Shown one piece after another: positions 11,241 to 22,372 of a DNA stretch of 64,000 nucleotides. The notes under the pieces were generated by a model, which was not told the origin of the DNA, made no database searches, and was given only the letters and a program-made list of their open reading frames with translations. The DNA comes from Escherichia coli (GTDB lineage: Bacteria; Pseudomonadota; Gammaproteobacteria; Enterobacterales; Enterobacteriaceae), in assembly GCF_003018235.1 (NCBI RefSeq), contig NZ_CP027437.1; one strand, given 5' to 3'. A program made the translations under genes and the position numbers. Each line of letters begins with the position of its first letter. Positions within the stretch are counted from its first letter, which is position 1.

Positions 11241-12611
11241 ATGAAAAAATTAACCTGCTTTAAAGCCTATGATATTCGCGGGAAATTAGGCGAAGAACTG
11301 AATGAAGATATTGCCTGGCGCATTGGTCGCGCCTATGGCGAATTTCTCAAACCGAAAACCATTGTATTAGGCGGTGATGTCCGCCTCACCAGCGAAACCT
11401 TAAAACTGGCGCTGGCGAAAGGTTTACAGGATGCGGGCGTCGATGTGCTGGATATCGGCATGTCCGGCACAGAAGAGATCTATTTCGCCACGTTCCATCT
11501 CGGCGTGGATGGCGGCATCGAAGTTACTGCCAGCCATAACCCGATGGATTATAACGGCATGAAACTGGTGCGCGAAGGGGCTCGCCCGATCAGCGGCGAT
11601 ACCGGACTGCGCGACGTCCAGCGTTTGGCTGAAGCCAACGACTTTCCCCCCGTCGATGAAACCAAACGCGGTCGCTATCAGCAAATCAACCTGCGTGATG
11701 CTTACGTTGATCACCTGTTCGGTTATATCAACGTCAAAAACCTTACGCCGCTCAAGCTGGTGATCAACTCCGGAAACGGTGCGGCGGGTCCGGTGGTGGA
11801 CGCCATTGAAGCCCGCTTTAAAGCCCTCGGCGCACCGGTGGAATTAATCAAAGTGCACAACACGCCGGACGGCAATTTCCCCAACGGTATTCCTAACCCG
11901 CTGCTGCCGGAATGCCGCGACGACACCCGCAATGCGGTCATCAAACACGGCGCGGATATGGGCATTGCCTTTGATGGCGATTTTGACCGCTGTTTTCTGT
12001 TTGACGAAAAAGGGCAGTTTATCGAGGGCTACTACATTGTCGGCCTGCTGGCAGAAGCGTTCCTCGAAAAAAATCCCGGCGCGAAGATCATCCACGATCC
12101 ACGTCTCTCCTGGAACACCGTTGATGTGGTGACTGCCGCAGGCGGCACTCCGGTGATGTCGAAAACCGGACACGCCTTTATTAAAGAACGTATGCGCAAG
12201 GAAGACGCCATCTACGGTGGCGAAATGAGCGCCCACCACTATTTCCGTGATTTTGCTTACTGCGACAGCGGCATGATCCCGTGGCTGCTGGTCGCCGAAC
12301 TGGTGTGCCTGAAAGGAAAAACGCTGGGCGAACTGGTGCGCGACCGGATGGCAGCGTTTCCGGCAAGCGGTGAGATCAACAGCAAACTGGCGCACCCCGT
12401 TGAGGCGATTAACCGCGTCGAACAGCATTTTAGCCGTGAGGCGCTGGCGGTGGATCGCACCGATGGCATCAGCATGACCTTTGCCGACTGGCGTTTTAAC
12501 CTGCGCTCCTCCAACACCGAACCGGTGGTGCGGTTGAATGTGGAATCGCGCGGTGATGTGCCGCTGATGGAAGCGCGAACGCGAACTCTGCTGACGTTGC
12601 TGAACGAGTAA
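11241..12611 (+). CDS. cpsG: Phosphomannomutase
   Basis: 456 aa from ATG 11241 ([14 protein letters not shown]); phosphohexomutase active-site region TASHNP. Confidence 0.95.
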   Translation: MKKLTCFKAYDIRGKLGEELNEDIAWRIGRAYGEFLKPKTIVLGGDVRLTSETLKLALAKGLQDAGVDVLDIGMSGTEEIYFATFHLGVDGGIEVTASHNPMDYNGMKLVREGARPISGDTGLRDVQRLAEANDFPPVDETKRGRYQQINLRDAYVDHLFGYINVKNLTPLKLVINSGNGAAGPVVDAIEARFKALGAPVELIKVHNTPDGNFPNGIPNPLLPECRDDTRNAVIKHGADMGIAFDGDFDRCFLFDEKGQFIEGYYIVGLLAEAFLEKNPGAKIIHDPRLSWNTVDVVTAAGGTPVMSKTGHAFIKERMRKEDAIYGGEMSAHHYFRDFAYCDSGMIPWLLVAELVCLKGKTLGELVRDRMAAFPASGEINSKLAHPVEAINRVEQHFSREALAVDRTDGISMTFADWRFNLRSSNTEPVVRLNVESRGDVPLMEARTRTLLTLLNE

Positions 12612-12665
12612 TGTCGGATCTTCCCTTACCCCATTGCGGGTAAGGGGCTAATAACAGGAACAACG

Positions 12666-14060
12666 ATGACAAATCTAAAAAAGCGCGAGCGAGCGAAAAC
12701 CAATGCATCGTTAATCTCTATGGTGCAACGCTTTTCAGATATCACCATCATGTTTGCCGGGCTATGGCTGGTTTGCGAAGTCAGCGGACTGTCATTCCTC
12801 TACATGCACCTGTTGGTGGCGCTGATTACGCTGGTGGTGTTCCAGATGCTGGGAGGCATCACCGATTTTTATCGCTCATGGCGCGGTGTTCGGGCAGCGA
12901 CAGAATTTGCTCTGTTGCTACAAAACTGGACCTTAAGCGTGATTTTCAGCGCCGGACTGGTGGCGTTCAACAAAGATTTCGATACGCAACTGAAAATCTG
13001 GCTGGCGTGGTATGGGCTGACCAGTATCGGACTGGTGGTTTGCCGTTCGTGTATTCGCATTGGGGCGGGCTGGCTGCGTAATCATGGCTATAACAAGCGC
13101 ATGGTCGCGGTGGCGGGGGATTTAGCCGCCGGACAAATGCTGATGGAGAGCTTCCGTAATCAGCCGTGGTTAGGGTTTGAAGTGGTGGGCGTCTACCACG
13201 ACCCGAAACCGGGCGGCGTTTCTAACGACTGGGCGGGTAACCTGCAACAGCTGGTCGAGGATGCGAAAGCGGGCAAGATTCATAACGTCTATATCGCGAT
13301 GCAAATGTGCGACGGCGCGCGAGTGAAAAAACTGGTCCATCAACTGGCGGACACTACCTGTTCGGTGCTGCTGATCCCCGACGTCTTTACTTTCAACATT
13401 CTCCATTCACGTCTCGAAGAGATGAACGGCGTTCCGGTGGTGCCGCTGTATGACACGCCACTTTCCGGGGTTAACCGCTTGCTAAAACGTGCGGAAGACA
13501 TTGTGCTGGCGACGCTTATTCTGCTGCTGATCTCCCCGGTGCTGTGCTGTATTGCGCTCGCGGTGAAACTGAGCTCACCAGGGCCGGTTATTTTCCGCCA
13601 GACTCGCTACGGCATGGATGGCAAGCCGATCAAAGTGTGGAAGTTCCGTTCCATGAAAGTGATGGAGAACGACAAAGTGGTGACCCAGGCGACGCAGAAC
13701 GATCCGCGCGTCACCAAAGTGGGTAACTTTCTGCGCCGCACCTCGCTGGACGAACTGCCGCAGTTTATCAATGTGCTGACCGGCGGGATGTCGATTGTGG
13801 GTCCACGTCCGCACGCGGTGGCGCATAACGAACAGTATCGCCAGCTCATTGAAGGCTACATGCTGCGTCATAAAGTGAAACCGGGCATTACCGGCTGGGC
13901 GCAGATTAACGGCTGGCGCGGCGAAACCGACACGCTGGAGAAAATGGAAAAACGCGTCGAGTTCGACCTTGAGTACATCCGCGAATGGAGCGTCTGGTTC
14001 GATATCAAAATCGTTTTCCTGACGGTATTCAAAGGCTTCGTTAACAAAGCGGCATATTGA
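12666..14060 (+). CDS. wcaJ: Undecaprenyl-phosphate glucose-1-phosphate transferase WcaJ
   Basis: 464 aa; N-terminal TM helices and C-terminal polyprenyl-phosphate hexose-1-P transferase domain. Confidence 0.95.
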   Translation: MTNLKKRERAKTNASLISMVQRFSDITIMFAGLWLVCEVSGLSFLYMHLLVALITLVVFQMLGGITDFYRSWRGVRAATEFALLLQNWTLSVIFSAGLVAFNKDFDTQLKIWLAWYGLTSIGLVVCRSCIRIGAGWLRNHGYNKRMVAVAGDLAAGQMLMESFRNQPWLGFEVVGVYHDPKPGGVSNDWAGNLQQLVEDAKAGKIHNVYIAMQMCDGARVKKLVHQLADTTCSVLLIPDVFTFNILHSRLEEMNGVPVVPLYDTPLSGVNRLLKRAEDIVLATLILLLISPVLCCIALAVKLSSPGPVIFRQTRYGMDGKPIKVWKFRSMKVMENDKVVTQATQNDPRVTKVGNFLRRTSLDELPQFINVLTGGMSIVGPRPHAVAHNEQYRQLIEGYMLRHKVKPGITGWAQINGWRGETDTLEKMEKRVEFDLEYIREWSVWFDIKIVFLTVFKGFVNKAAY

Positions 14061-14061
14061 T

Positions 14062-15540
14062 ATGAGCTTACGTGAAAAAACCATCAGCGGCGCGAAGTGG
14101 TCGGCGATTGCCACGGTGATCATCATCGGCCTCGGGCTGGTGCAGATGACCGTGCTGGCGCGGATTATCGACAACCACCAGTTCGGTTTGCTTACCGTGT
14201 CGCTGGTGATTATCGCGCTGGCAGATACGCTTTCTGACTTCGGTATCGCTAACTCGATTATTCAGCGAAAAGAAATCAGCCACCTTGAACTCACCACGCT
14301 GTACTGGTTGAACGTCGGGCTGGGGCTTGTGGTGTGCGTGGCGGTGTTTTTGTTGAGTGATCTCATTGGTGACGTGCTGAATAACCCGGACCTGGCACCG
14401 TTGATTAAAACATTGTCGCTGGCGTTTGTGGTGATCCCCCACGGGCAACAGTTCCGCGCGTTGATGCAGAAGGAGCTGGAGTTCAACAAAATCGGCATGA
14501 TCGAAACCAGCGCGGTGCTGGCGGGCTTTACTTTTACGGTGGTTAGCGCCCATTTCTGGCCGCTGGCGATGACCGCGATCCTCGGTTATCTGGTCAATAG
14601 TGCGGTGAGAACGCTGCTATTTGGCTACTTTGGACGCAAAATTTATCGCCCCGGTCTGCATTTCTCGCTGGCGTCGGTGGCACCGAACTTACGCTTTGGT
14701 GCCTGGCTGACGGCGGACAGCATCATCAACTATCTCAATACCAACCTTTCAACGCTGGTGCTGGCGCGTATTCTCGGCGCGGGCGTGGCAGGGGGATACA
14801 ACCTGGCGTACAACGTGGCCGTTGTGCCACCGATGAAGCTGAACCCAATCATCACCCGCGTGTTGTTTCCGGCATTCGCCAAAATTCAGGACGATACCGA
14901 AAAGCTGCGTGTTAACTTCTACAAGCTGCTGTCGGTAGTGGGGATTATCAACTTTCCGGCGCTGCTGGGGCTGATGGTGGTGTCGAATAACTTTGTACCG
15001 CTGGTCTTTGGTGAGAAGTGGAACAGCATTATTCCGGTGCTGCAATTGCTGTGTGTGGTGGGTCTGCTGCGCTCAGTGGGTAACCCGATTGGTTCGCTGC
15101 TGATGGCGAAAGCACGGGTGGATATCAGCTTTAAATTCAACGTATTCAAAACCTTTCTGTTTATTCCGGCGATTGTTATAGGTGGGCAGATGGCGGGCGC
15201 AATCGGCGTCACGCTTGGCTTCCTGCTGGTGCAGATTATCAACACCATTCTCAGTTACTTCGTGATGATTAAACCGGTGCTCGGTTCCAGTTATCGCCAG
15301 TACATCCTGAGTTTGTGGCTACCGTTTTATCTCTCGCTGCCGACGCTGGTGGTCAGTTATGCGCTGGGCATTGTGCTGAAAGGGCAACTGGCGCTGGGGA
15401 TGCTGCTGGCGGTGCAAATAGCCGCGGGCGTGCTGGCGTTTGTAGTGATGATTGTGCTGTCGCGCCATCCGCTGGTGGTGGAAGTGAAGCGTCAGTTTTG
15501 TCGCAGCGAAAAAATGAAAATGCTTTTACGGGCGGGGTGA
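14062..15540 (+). CDS. wzxC: Colanic acid repeat-unit flippase
   Basis: 492 aa polytopic membrane protein of the Wzx/MOP type at conserved position. Confidence 0.9.
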   Translation: MSLREKTISGAKWSAIATVIIIGLGLVQMTVLARIIDNHQFGLLTVSLVIIALADTLSDFGIANSIIQRKEISHLELTTLYWLNVGLGLVVCVAVFLLSDLIGDVLNNPDLAPLIKTLSLAFVVIPHGQQFRALMQKELEFNKIGMIETSAVLAGFTFTVVSAHFWPLAMTAILGYLVNSAVRTLLFGYFGRKIYRPGLHFSLASVAPNLRFGAWLTADSIINYLNTNLSTLVLARILGAGVAGGYNLAYNVAVVPPMKLNPIITRVLFPAFAKIQDDTEKLRVNFYKLLSVVGIINFPALLGLMVVSNNFVPLVFGEKWNSIIPVLQLLCVVGLLRSVGNPIGSLLMAKARVDISFKFNVFKTFLFIPAIVIGGQMAGAIGVTLGFLLVQIINTILSYFVMIKPVLGSSYRQYILSLWLPFYLSLPTLVVSYALGIVLKGQLALGMLLAVQIAAGVLAFVVMIVLSRHPLVVEVKRQFCRSEKMKMLLRAG

Positions 15541-15559
15541 GTTGCTGTTTTCGGTTCCG

Positions 15560-15850
15560 GCAATGGTTGCCGGATGCGGCGTAAAACGCCTTATCCGTCC
15601 TACGGTTCTGTGCTTGGGACTTGTAGGCCTGATAAGACGCGCCAGCGTCGCATCAGGCACTAAATGCCGGATGCGGCGTAAAACGCCTTATCTGTCCTAC
15701 GGTTCTGTGCTTGGGACTTGTAGGCCTGATAAGACGCGTCAGCGTCGCATCAGGCACTGAATGCCGGATGCGGCGTTAACGCCTTATCCGTCCTACGGTT
15801 CTGTGCTCGGATCTTTAGGCATGATAAGACGCGTCAGCGTCGCATCAGGC
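15560..15850. repeat. Three tandem ~96 bp REP-containing units (BIME-like) between wzxC and wcaK
   Basis: Direct repetition of gccggatgcggcg...cttatccgtcctacggttctgtgc...gcctgataagacgcg(c/t)cagcgtcgcatcaggc, three times with few substitutions. Confidence 0.8.
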
Positions 15851-15910
15851 AAAAGCGGCAACGAAAACAACAAACACAGCTTCAGCTGGCATCAAATTTA
15901 TGAGGAAAAA

Positions 15911-17191
15911 ATGAAATTACTTATTCTGGGCAACCACACTTGCGGCAATCGTGGCGACAGCGCCATCCTGCGCGGCTTACTTGATGCCATCAACATCCTC
16001 AATCCACATGCCGAAGTGGACGTGATGAGCCGCTATCCGGTCAGTTCTTCCTGGCTGCTCAACCGCCCGGTAATGGGCGATCCGCTGTTCCTGCAAATGA
16101 AAAAACACAACAGCGCGGCAGGCGTTGTCGGGCGCGTTAAAAAAGTCCTCCGTCGCCGCTACCAGCATCAGGTATTGCTCTCACGCGTCACCGACACTGG
16201 CAAGCTGCGTAATATCGCCATCGCCCAGGGATTCACCGACTTCGTGCGCCTGCTGTCAGGTTACGACGCCATTATTCAGGTCGGCGGATCGTTTTTTGTC
16301 GATCTCTATGGCGTGCCGCAGTTTGAACATGCACTTTGCACTTTCATGGCGAAAAAGCCGCTGTTTATGATTGGTCACAGTGTTGGTCCCTTCCAGGATG
16401 AGCAATTTAACCAACTGGCGAACTATGTCTTTGGTCATTGCGACGCGCTGATCCTGCGCGAATCGGTCAGCCTTGATCTGATGAAACGTAGCAATATCAC
16501 TACCGCAAAAGTTGAACATGGCGTCGATACCGCGTGGCTGGTCGATCACCACACAGAAGATTTCACCGCCAGCTATGCCGTCCAACACTGGCTGGACGTT
16601 GCCGCACAACAGAAAACGGTAGCAATTACCCTGCGCGAACTGGCACCGTTCGACAAACGTCTCGGCACCACTCAACAAGCGTATGAAAAAGCCTTTGCCG
16701 GGGTGGTCAATCGCATTCTCGACGAAGGGTATCAGGTGATTGCGCTTTCCACCTGTACGGGCATCGACAGCTATAACAAAGACGATCGCATGGTGGCGCT
16801 CAATCTGCGCCAGCACATCAGCGATCCTGCCCGTTACCACGTAGTGATGGATGAACTCAACGATCTGGAAATGGGCAAAATTCTCGGTGCCTGTGAACTC
16901 ACCGTCGGTACGCGCCTGCACTCTGCCATTATCTCGATGAATTTTGCCACTCCGGCAATTGCCATCAACTACGAACATAAATCCGCCGGGATTATGCAGC
17001 AGCTGGGACTACCGGAGATGGCAATTGATATCCGTCATTTATTAGACGGCAGCCTGCAAGCGATGGTTGCGGATACCTTAGGCCAACTTCCGGCGCTGAA
17101 CGCACGACTTAGCGAAGCCGTCAGTCGCGAACGTCAGACGGGAATGCAGATGGTGCAATCTGTGCTTGAGCGCATCGGGGAGGCGAAATGA
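15911..17191 (+). CDS. wcaK: Colanic acid pyruvyl transferase WcaK
   Basis: 426 aa from ATG 15911 (MKLLILGNHTCGNRGD) with gaggaaaaa RBS; the longer track ORF starts inside the REP array. Confidence 0.9.
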   Translation: MKLLILGNHTCGNRGDSAILRGLLDAINILNPHAEVDVMSRYPVSSSWLLNRPVMGDPLFLQMKKHNSAAGVVGRVKKVLRRRYQHQVLLSRVTDTGKLRNIAIAQGFTDFVRLLSGYDAIIQVGGSFFVDLYGVPQFEHALCTFMAKKPLFMIGHSVGPFQDEQFNQLANYVFGHCDALILRESVSLDLMKRSNITTAKVEHGVDTAWLVDHHTEDFTASYAVQHWLDVAAQQKTVAITLRELAPFDKRLGTTQQAYEKAFAGVVNRILDEGYQVIALSTCTGIDSYNKDDRMVALNLRQHISDPARYHVVMDELNDLEMGKILGACELTVGTRLHSAIISMNFATPAIAINYEHKSAGIMQQLGLPEMAIDIRHLLDGSLQAMVADTLGQLPALNARLSEAVSRERQTGMQMVQSVLERIGEAK

Positions 17192-18408
17192 AGGTCGGCT
17201 TCTTCTTATTGAAATTCCCGCTGTCGTCAGAAACCTTCGTCCTCAATCAAATTACCGCGTTTATTGATATGGGCTTTGAGGTGGAGATTGTCGCGCTGCA
17301 AAAAGGCGACACCCAGAACACCCACGCGGCATGGACGAAATACAACCTTGCCGCAAGAACCCGTTGGTTACAGGACGAACCTGCGGGCAAAGTAGCGAAA
17401 CTGCGCCACCGCGCCAGCCAGACCTTACGCGGCATTCATCGTAAAAATACCTGGCAGGCGCTCAACCTCAAACGCTATGGCGCAGAGTCGCGGAACCTGA
17501 TTTTGTCTGCCATTTGCGGCCAGGTCGCAACACCATTTTATGCCGATGTCTTTATCGCTCATTTTGGCCCTGCGGGGGTAACAGCAGCAAAACTACGGGA
17601 ACTGGGTGTCATACGCGGCAAAATCGCTACTATCTTCCACGGCATTGATATCTCCAGTCGGGAAGTGCTCAACCACTACACTCCCGAATATCAGCAACTG
17701 TTCCGCCGTGGCGACCTGATGCTACCGATAAGCGATCTGTGGGCCGGAAGGCTGCAAAAAATGGGCTGCCCGAGGGAAAAAATCGCCGTATCGCGCATGG
17801 GCGTGGACATGACGCGCTTTAGCCCGCGTCCGGTGAAAGCGCCTGCAACGCCGCTGGAAATCATTTCCGTCGCACGCTTAACCGAGAAAAAAGGCCTGCA
17901 TGTGGCGATTGAAGCCTGCCGTCAGTTGAAAGAGCAGGGCGTGGCATTTCGCTATCGCATCCTCGGCATTGGCCCGTGGGAACGACGCCTGCGCACCCTC
18001 ATCGAACAATATCAACTGGAAGATGTGGTGGAGATGCCGGGCTTTAAACCGAGCCATGAAGTGAAAGCGATGCTCGACGACGCGGATGTCTTCCTCCTGC
18101 CATCGGTAACGGGCGCGGATGGCGATATGGAAGGTATTCCGGTGGCACTAATGGAAGCGATGGCGGTTGGCATTCCGGTGGTTTCCACTCTGCATAGCGG
18201 AATACCGGAACTGGTGGAGGCCGACAAATCCGGCTGGCTGGTGCCTGAGAACGATGCCCGTGCACTGGCGCAACGACTGGCGGCGTTTAGCCAATTGGAC
18301 ACCGACGAACTGGCACCGGTTGTCAAACGTGCGCGCGAAAAAGTCGAACACGATTTTAACCAGCAGGTGATTAACCGAGAACTCGCCAGCTTGTTGCAGG
18401 CTTTATAG
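17188..18408 (+). CDS. wcaL: Colanic acid glycosyltransferase WcaL (GT4)
   Basis: 406 aa GT-B ORF. Confidence 0.9.
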   Translation: MKVGFFLLKFPLSSETFVLNQITAFIDMGFEVEIVALQKGDTQNTHAAWTKYNLAARTRWLQDEPAGKVAKLRHRASQTLRGIHRKNTWQALNLKRYGAESRNLILSAICGQVATPFYADVFIAHFGPAGVTAAKLRELGVIRGKIATIFHGIDISSREVLNHYTPEYQQLFRRGDLMLPISDLWAGRLQKMGCPREKIAVSRMGVDMTRFSPRPVKAPATPLEIISVARLTEKKGLHVAIEACRQLKEQGVAFRYRILGIGPWERRLRTLIEQYQLEDVVEMPGFKPSHEVKAMLDDADVFLLPSVTGADGDMEGIPVALMEAMAVGIPVVSTLHSGIPELVEADKSGWLVPENDARALAQRLAAFSQLDTDELAPVVKRAREKVEHDFNQQVINRELASLLQAL

Positions 18409-18418
18409 AGGAGAACGC

Positions 18419-19813
18419 ATGACATTTAAAAAACTCTCCCGACGCACCTTCCTGACGGCAAGCTCGGCGCTTGCCTTCCTCCATACGCCTTTCGCTCGCG
18501 CACTTCCCGCCCGACAAAGCGTTAACATTAACGACTACAACCCTCACGACTGGATCGCCTCATTTAAACAAGCCTTCCGCGAAGGGCAAACAGTCGTCGT
18601 GCCTGGCGGATTGGTTTGTGACAATATCAACACCGGCATCTTCATTCCTGCAGGTAAAACGTTACACATCCTTGGAAACTTGCGCGGCAACGGCAGAGGA
18701 AGATTTGTCTTACAGGACGGCAGCCAGGTGACAGGGGAGGATGGCGGCAGTATGCATAACATCACCCTGGATGTGCGTGGTTCTGATTGCACCATCAAAG
18801 GGCTGGCGATGAGCGGCTTTGGCCCAGTAACGCAGATTTATATTGGCGGCAAAAACAAACGAGTCATGCGTAACCTGACCATCGATAACCTGACCGTTAG
18901 CCACGCTAATTACGCCATCTTACGCCAGGGATTTCATAACCAGATTATCGGTGCCAACATCACCAATTGTAAGTTCAGCGACTTACAGGGTGACGCCATT
19001 GAATGGAACGTGGCAATTAACGACCGTGATATTTTGATCTCCAACCACATCATCGATCGCATCAACTGTACTAACGGCAAAATCAACTGGGGCATCGGCA
19101 TAGGCCTTGCGGGAAGCACTTACGATAATAATTACCCAGAAGATCAGGCAGTGAAAAACTTTGTCGTGGCGAATATCACGGGATCAGATTGTCGGCAACT
19201 GATCCATGTTGAAAATGGTAAACATTTTGTTATCCGTAATATCAAAGCTCGTAATATCACGCCGGATTTCAGTAAGAAAGCAGGTATTGATAACGCCACA
19301 GTTGCTATTTATGGTTGTGACAACTTTGTGATTGATAATATTGAAATGAATAATAGTGCCGGGATGTTAATCGGCTATGGGGTAATTAAAGGCAAATATC
19401 TCTCGATACCGCAAAATTTCCGAGTGAATAATATTCAACTGCATAACACCCATCTTGCTTATAAATTGCGCGGCATCCAAATCTCCGCCGGGAATGCTGT
19501 CTCCTTTGTGGCACTGACTAACATTGAGATGAAGCGTGCGTCGCTGGAGTTACACAACAAACCGCAACATCTTTTTATGCGTAATATCAATGTGATGCAG
19601 GAATCCTCAGTTGGATCAGCATTGAGCATGAACTTCGACATGCGCAAAGACGTTCGCGGCGTCTTTATGGCGAAAAAAGAAACACTGCTGTCACTTGCAA
19701 ATGTTCATGCGGTGAATGAAAGAGGGCAAAGCTCCGTCGATATCGACAGGATTAATCACCATATTGTTAATGTGGAAAAGATTAACTTTAGATTGCCGCA
19801 ACGGAGAGAGTAG
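18419..19813 (+). CDS. wcaM: Colanic acid biosynthesis protein WcaM
   Basis: 464 aa with N-terminal Tat/Sec-like signal ([13 protein letters not shown]) and beta-helix-like repeats. Confidence 0.9.
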   Translation: MTFKKLSRRTFLTASSALAFLHTPFARALPARQSVNINDYNPHDWIASFKQAFREGQTVVVPGGLVCDNINTGIFIPAGKTLHILGNLRGNGRGRFVLQDGSQVTGEDGGSMHNITLDVRGSDCTIKGLAMSGFGPVTQIYIGGKNKRVMRNLTIDNLTVSHANYAILRQGFHNQIIGANITNCKFSDLQGDAIEWNVAINDRDILISNHIIDRINCTNGKINWGIGIGLAGSTYDNNYPEDQAVKNFVVANITGSDCRQLIHVENGKHFVIRNIKARNITPDFSKKAGIDNATVAIYGCDNFVIDNIEMNNSAGMLIGYGVIKGKYLSIPQNFRVNNIQLHNTHLAYKLRGIQISAGNAVSFVALTNIEMKRASLELHNKPQHLFMRNINVMQESSVGSALSMNFDMRKDVRGVFMAKKETLLSLANVHAVNERGQSSVDIDRINHHIVNVEKINFRLPQRRE

Positions 19814-19986
19814 ATTTGCGACCATTCCTGGAAAAATGGAGCCATACTTAGGAACAATGCTACTGCAATCCACAACGAAGCGGCGTAACATCACAAGTAA
19901 TTCAGTAATCAATTCAGGTAATTGATGCTGGCGAAAAAAATCGAACAAGCTATAATTCAGCAACCATTTTACAGGTGGATGAAATA

Positions 19987-20880
19987 ATGACGAATTTAAA
20001 AGCAGTTATTCCTGTAGCGGGTCTTGGGATGCATATGTTGCCTGCCACTAAGGCGATTCCCAAAGAGATGCTACCGATCGTCGACAAACCAATGATTCAG
20101 TACATTGTTGACGAGATTGTGGCTGCAGGGATCAAAGAAATCCTCCTGGTAACTCACGCGTCCAAGAATGCGGTCGAAAACCACTTCGACACCTCTTATG
20201 AATTAGAATCTCTCCTTGAGCAGCGCGTGAAGCGTCAACTGCTTGCGGAAGTGCAGTCCATCTGTCCACCGGGCGTGACCATTATGAACGTGCGTCAGGG
20301 CGAACCTTTAGGTTTGGGCCACTCCATTTTATGTGCACGACCTGCTATTGGTGACAACCCGTTTGTCGTGGTGCTGCCGGACGTTATTATCGATGACGCC
20401 AGTGCCGATCCGCTGCGTTACAACCTGGCTGCAATGATTGCGCGCTTTAACGAAACGGGCCGCAGCCAGGTCCTGGCAAAACGTATGCCGGGCGATCTCT
20501 CTGAATACTCCGTCATCCAGACTAAAGAACCGCTGGATCGTGAAGGCAAAGTCAGCCGCATTGTTGAATTTATCGAAAAACCGGATCAGCCGCAGACCCT
20601 GGACTCAGACATCATGGCCGTTGGTCGCTATGTCCTTTCTGCCGATATTTGGCCGGAGCTGGAACGTACTCAACCCGGTGCATGGGGACGTATACAACTG
20701 ACTGATGCCATTGCAGAACTGGCGAAAAAACAGTCCGTTGATGCAATGCTGATGACCGGCGACAGCTATGACTGCGGTAAAAAAATGGGCTATATGCAGG
20801 CGTTTGTGAAGTATGGGCTACGTAACCTGAAGGAAGGGGCGAAGTTCCGCAAAGGTATTGAGAAGTTGCTCGGGAAATAA
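19987..20880 (+). CDS. galF: UTP-glucose-1-phosphate uridylyltransferase paralogue GalF
   Basis: 297 aa from [14 protein letters not shown]; conserved landmark upstream of O-antigen loci. Confidence 0.95.
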   Translation: MTNLKAVIPVAGLGMHMLPATKAIPKEMLPIVDKPMIQYIVDEIVAAGIKEILLVTHASKNAVENHFDTSYELESLLEQRVKRQLLAEVQSICPPGVTIMNVRQGEPLGLGHSILCARPAIGDNPFVVVLPDVIIDDASADPLRYNLAAMIARFNETGRSQVLAKRMPGDLSEYSVIQTKEPLDREGKVSRIVEFIEKPDQPQTLDSDIMAVGRYVLSADIWPELERTQPGAWGRIQLTDAIAELAKKQSVDAMLMTGDSYDCGKKMGYMQAFVKYGLRNLKEGAKFRKGIEKLLGK

Positions 20881-21154
20881 TCAAGACAACAGTTTATTTG
20901 AATTGGCAATACTTCATATTAAATGGCAGGAGAAGTCTCGTGGTGCTATCGGTAGGCAGCATGACTCTACTGCCTTTTTTGTGATAAAAATCAAGCAGTA
21001 AAAAACCAATATTCTACCTTTTCTTGTAGCAAAAATCGATTTTTCCTTGTTTCTTGGTGAGATTAATACGACAATATCTGGAATGTTCTGGGGCTAAATG
21101 TGTCAAAATGTAATCGATAATTGGTAGATTGAGCCCCGCAAAAATTGGAGTGTA

Positions 21155-21193
21155 TAGTATGCTGGTAGCTGTTGAGCCAGGGGCGGTAGCGTG
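21155..21193 (+). promoter_or_regulatory. JUMPstart element with ops site (GGCGGTAGCGTG) upstream of the O-antigen operon
   Basis: gctggtagctgttgagccaggggcggtagcgtg read directly; matches the known JUMPstart/ops consensus used by RfaH. Confidence 0.85.
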
Positions 21194-21322
21194 CCTGAAT
21201 AAATTAACATTTCGGTGTTAAAATAAGGTAACGTTATGTTAAAGGCTAACTTACAACAAATATAAGACCAAATAATTGAATACGTAATTAGCATAAAAGA
21301 TTAATACAATTTCGGAGACGTC

Positions 21323-22339
21323 ATGACTATACTTGTAACAGGCGGCGCTGGTTATATTGGTTCACATACCGTTCTACAATTAATTGAGGGCGGGTATGAT
21401 GTTGTTGTGCTTGATAACCTGAGTAATTCATCCCAAGAGTCACTACATCGCGTTGGGTCTTTGGTTTCGAAAAATATTCCATTCATTAAGGCTGATATCA
21501 ACGATAAACAAAAGCTTGAAGAAGTTTTTAAAAACTACGATATTGATGCAGTGATTCATTTTGCAGGTTTAAAATCTGTTGGTGAATCAGTAAAGAAACC
21601 ACTGGAATATTACATTAATAATGTCAGTGGAACCCTTACCCTGCTTGAAGTTATGAAGCAAGCAAATGTTTACAAATTCATTTTTAGTTCGTCTGCGACT
21701 GTTTATGGTAATCATTCTCCGGTTCCCAATCTGGAGGAATATCCTATTGGAAATGCTTCATGCCCCTATGGAACTACTAAAGTCATGCTGGAGCAGGTTT
21801 TATCAGACTATGCGAAGTCAGATGATAAATTAAAAATTATTGCTCTGCGTTATTTTAATCCTACAGGTGCGCATCCTAGTGGTCTTATTGGGGAGGACCC
21901 GAACGGCATTCCAAACAATCTTGTTCCTTATATTTCTCAGGTTGCTATTGGCAAATTAGAAAAACTGTCCGTTTATGGTGGCGATTATGAAACTATTGAT
22001 GGAACAGGAGTACGCGACTTTATCCATGTGGTAGATCTTGCCGCAGGCCATGTTAGTGCTTTAAGGTATATTGATAAATTACAAGGATATGACATTTTTA
22101 ATCTTGGTACTGGCACTGGTGTATCAGTTTTACAAGTAATCGATGCCTTTGAAAAAGCAAGTAATCAGAAAGTTAATTATGAAATTGTCGCCAGACGTGA
22201 GGGCGATATAGGATCTTCTTGGGCTGATGTATCTAAAGCAGAAAGGATTTTAGGCTGGAAATCCAAGTACAATATTGAAGATATGATGGTCCATACCTGG
22301 AATTGGCAAAAACAAAACCCTAATGGCTATGGAAGTTAG
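21323..22339 (+). CDS. gne: UDP-hexose / UDP-N-acetylhexosamine 4-epimerase (GalE/Gne family)
   Basis: 338 aa; Rossmann GGAGYIGSH and SDR catalytic region; first gene after galF. Confidence 0.8.
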   Translation: MTILVTGGAGYIGSHTVLQLIEGGYDVVVLDNLSNSSQESLHRVGSLVSKNIPFIKADINDKQKLEEVFKNYDIDAVIHFAGLKSVGESVKKPLEYYINNVSGTLTLLEVMKQANVYKFIFSSSATVYGNHSPVPNLEEYPIGNASCPYGTTKVMLEQVLSDYAKSDDKLKIIALRYFNPTGAHPSGLIGEDPNGIPNNLVPYISQVAIGKLEKLSVYGGDYETIDGTGVRDFIHVVDLAAGHVSALRYIDKLQGYDIFNLGTGTGVSVLQVIDAFEKASNQKVNYEIVARREGDIGSSWADVSKAERILGWKSKYNIEDMMVHTWNWQKQNPNGYGS

Positions 22340-22372
22340 TACCTATTGATTTAATATTATAATGGCGTATCA

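Noticed and set aside
15560-15850. Possible CRISPR array
   Set aside because: The intervening sequence repeats along with the unit (no unique spacers), the unit is the REP/BIME palindrome type, and no cas genes are nearby.
15542-15910. Track ORFs 15542..15760 and the 5' extension of 15761..17191 spanning the wzxC-wcaK spacer
   Set aside because: They read through the tandem REP array; wcaK begins at ATG 15911 with a proper RBS.
20881-21322. Small ORF 21103..21294 (minus) in the galF-gne spacer
   Set aside because: It lies in AT-rich promoter DNA carrying the JUMPstart/ops element, on the wrong strand for the operon, with low-complexity composition.
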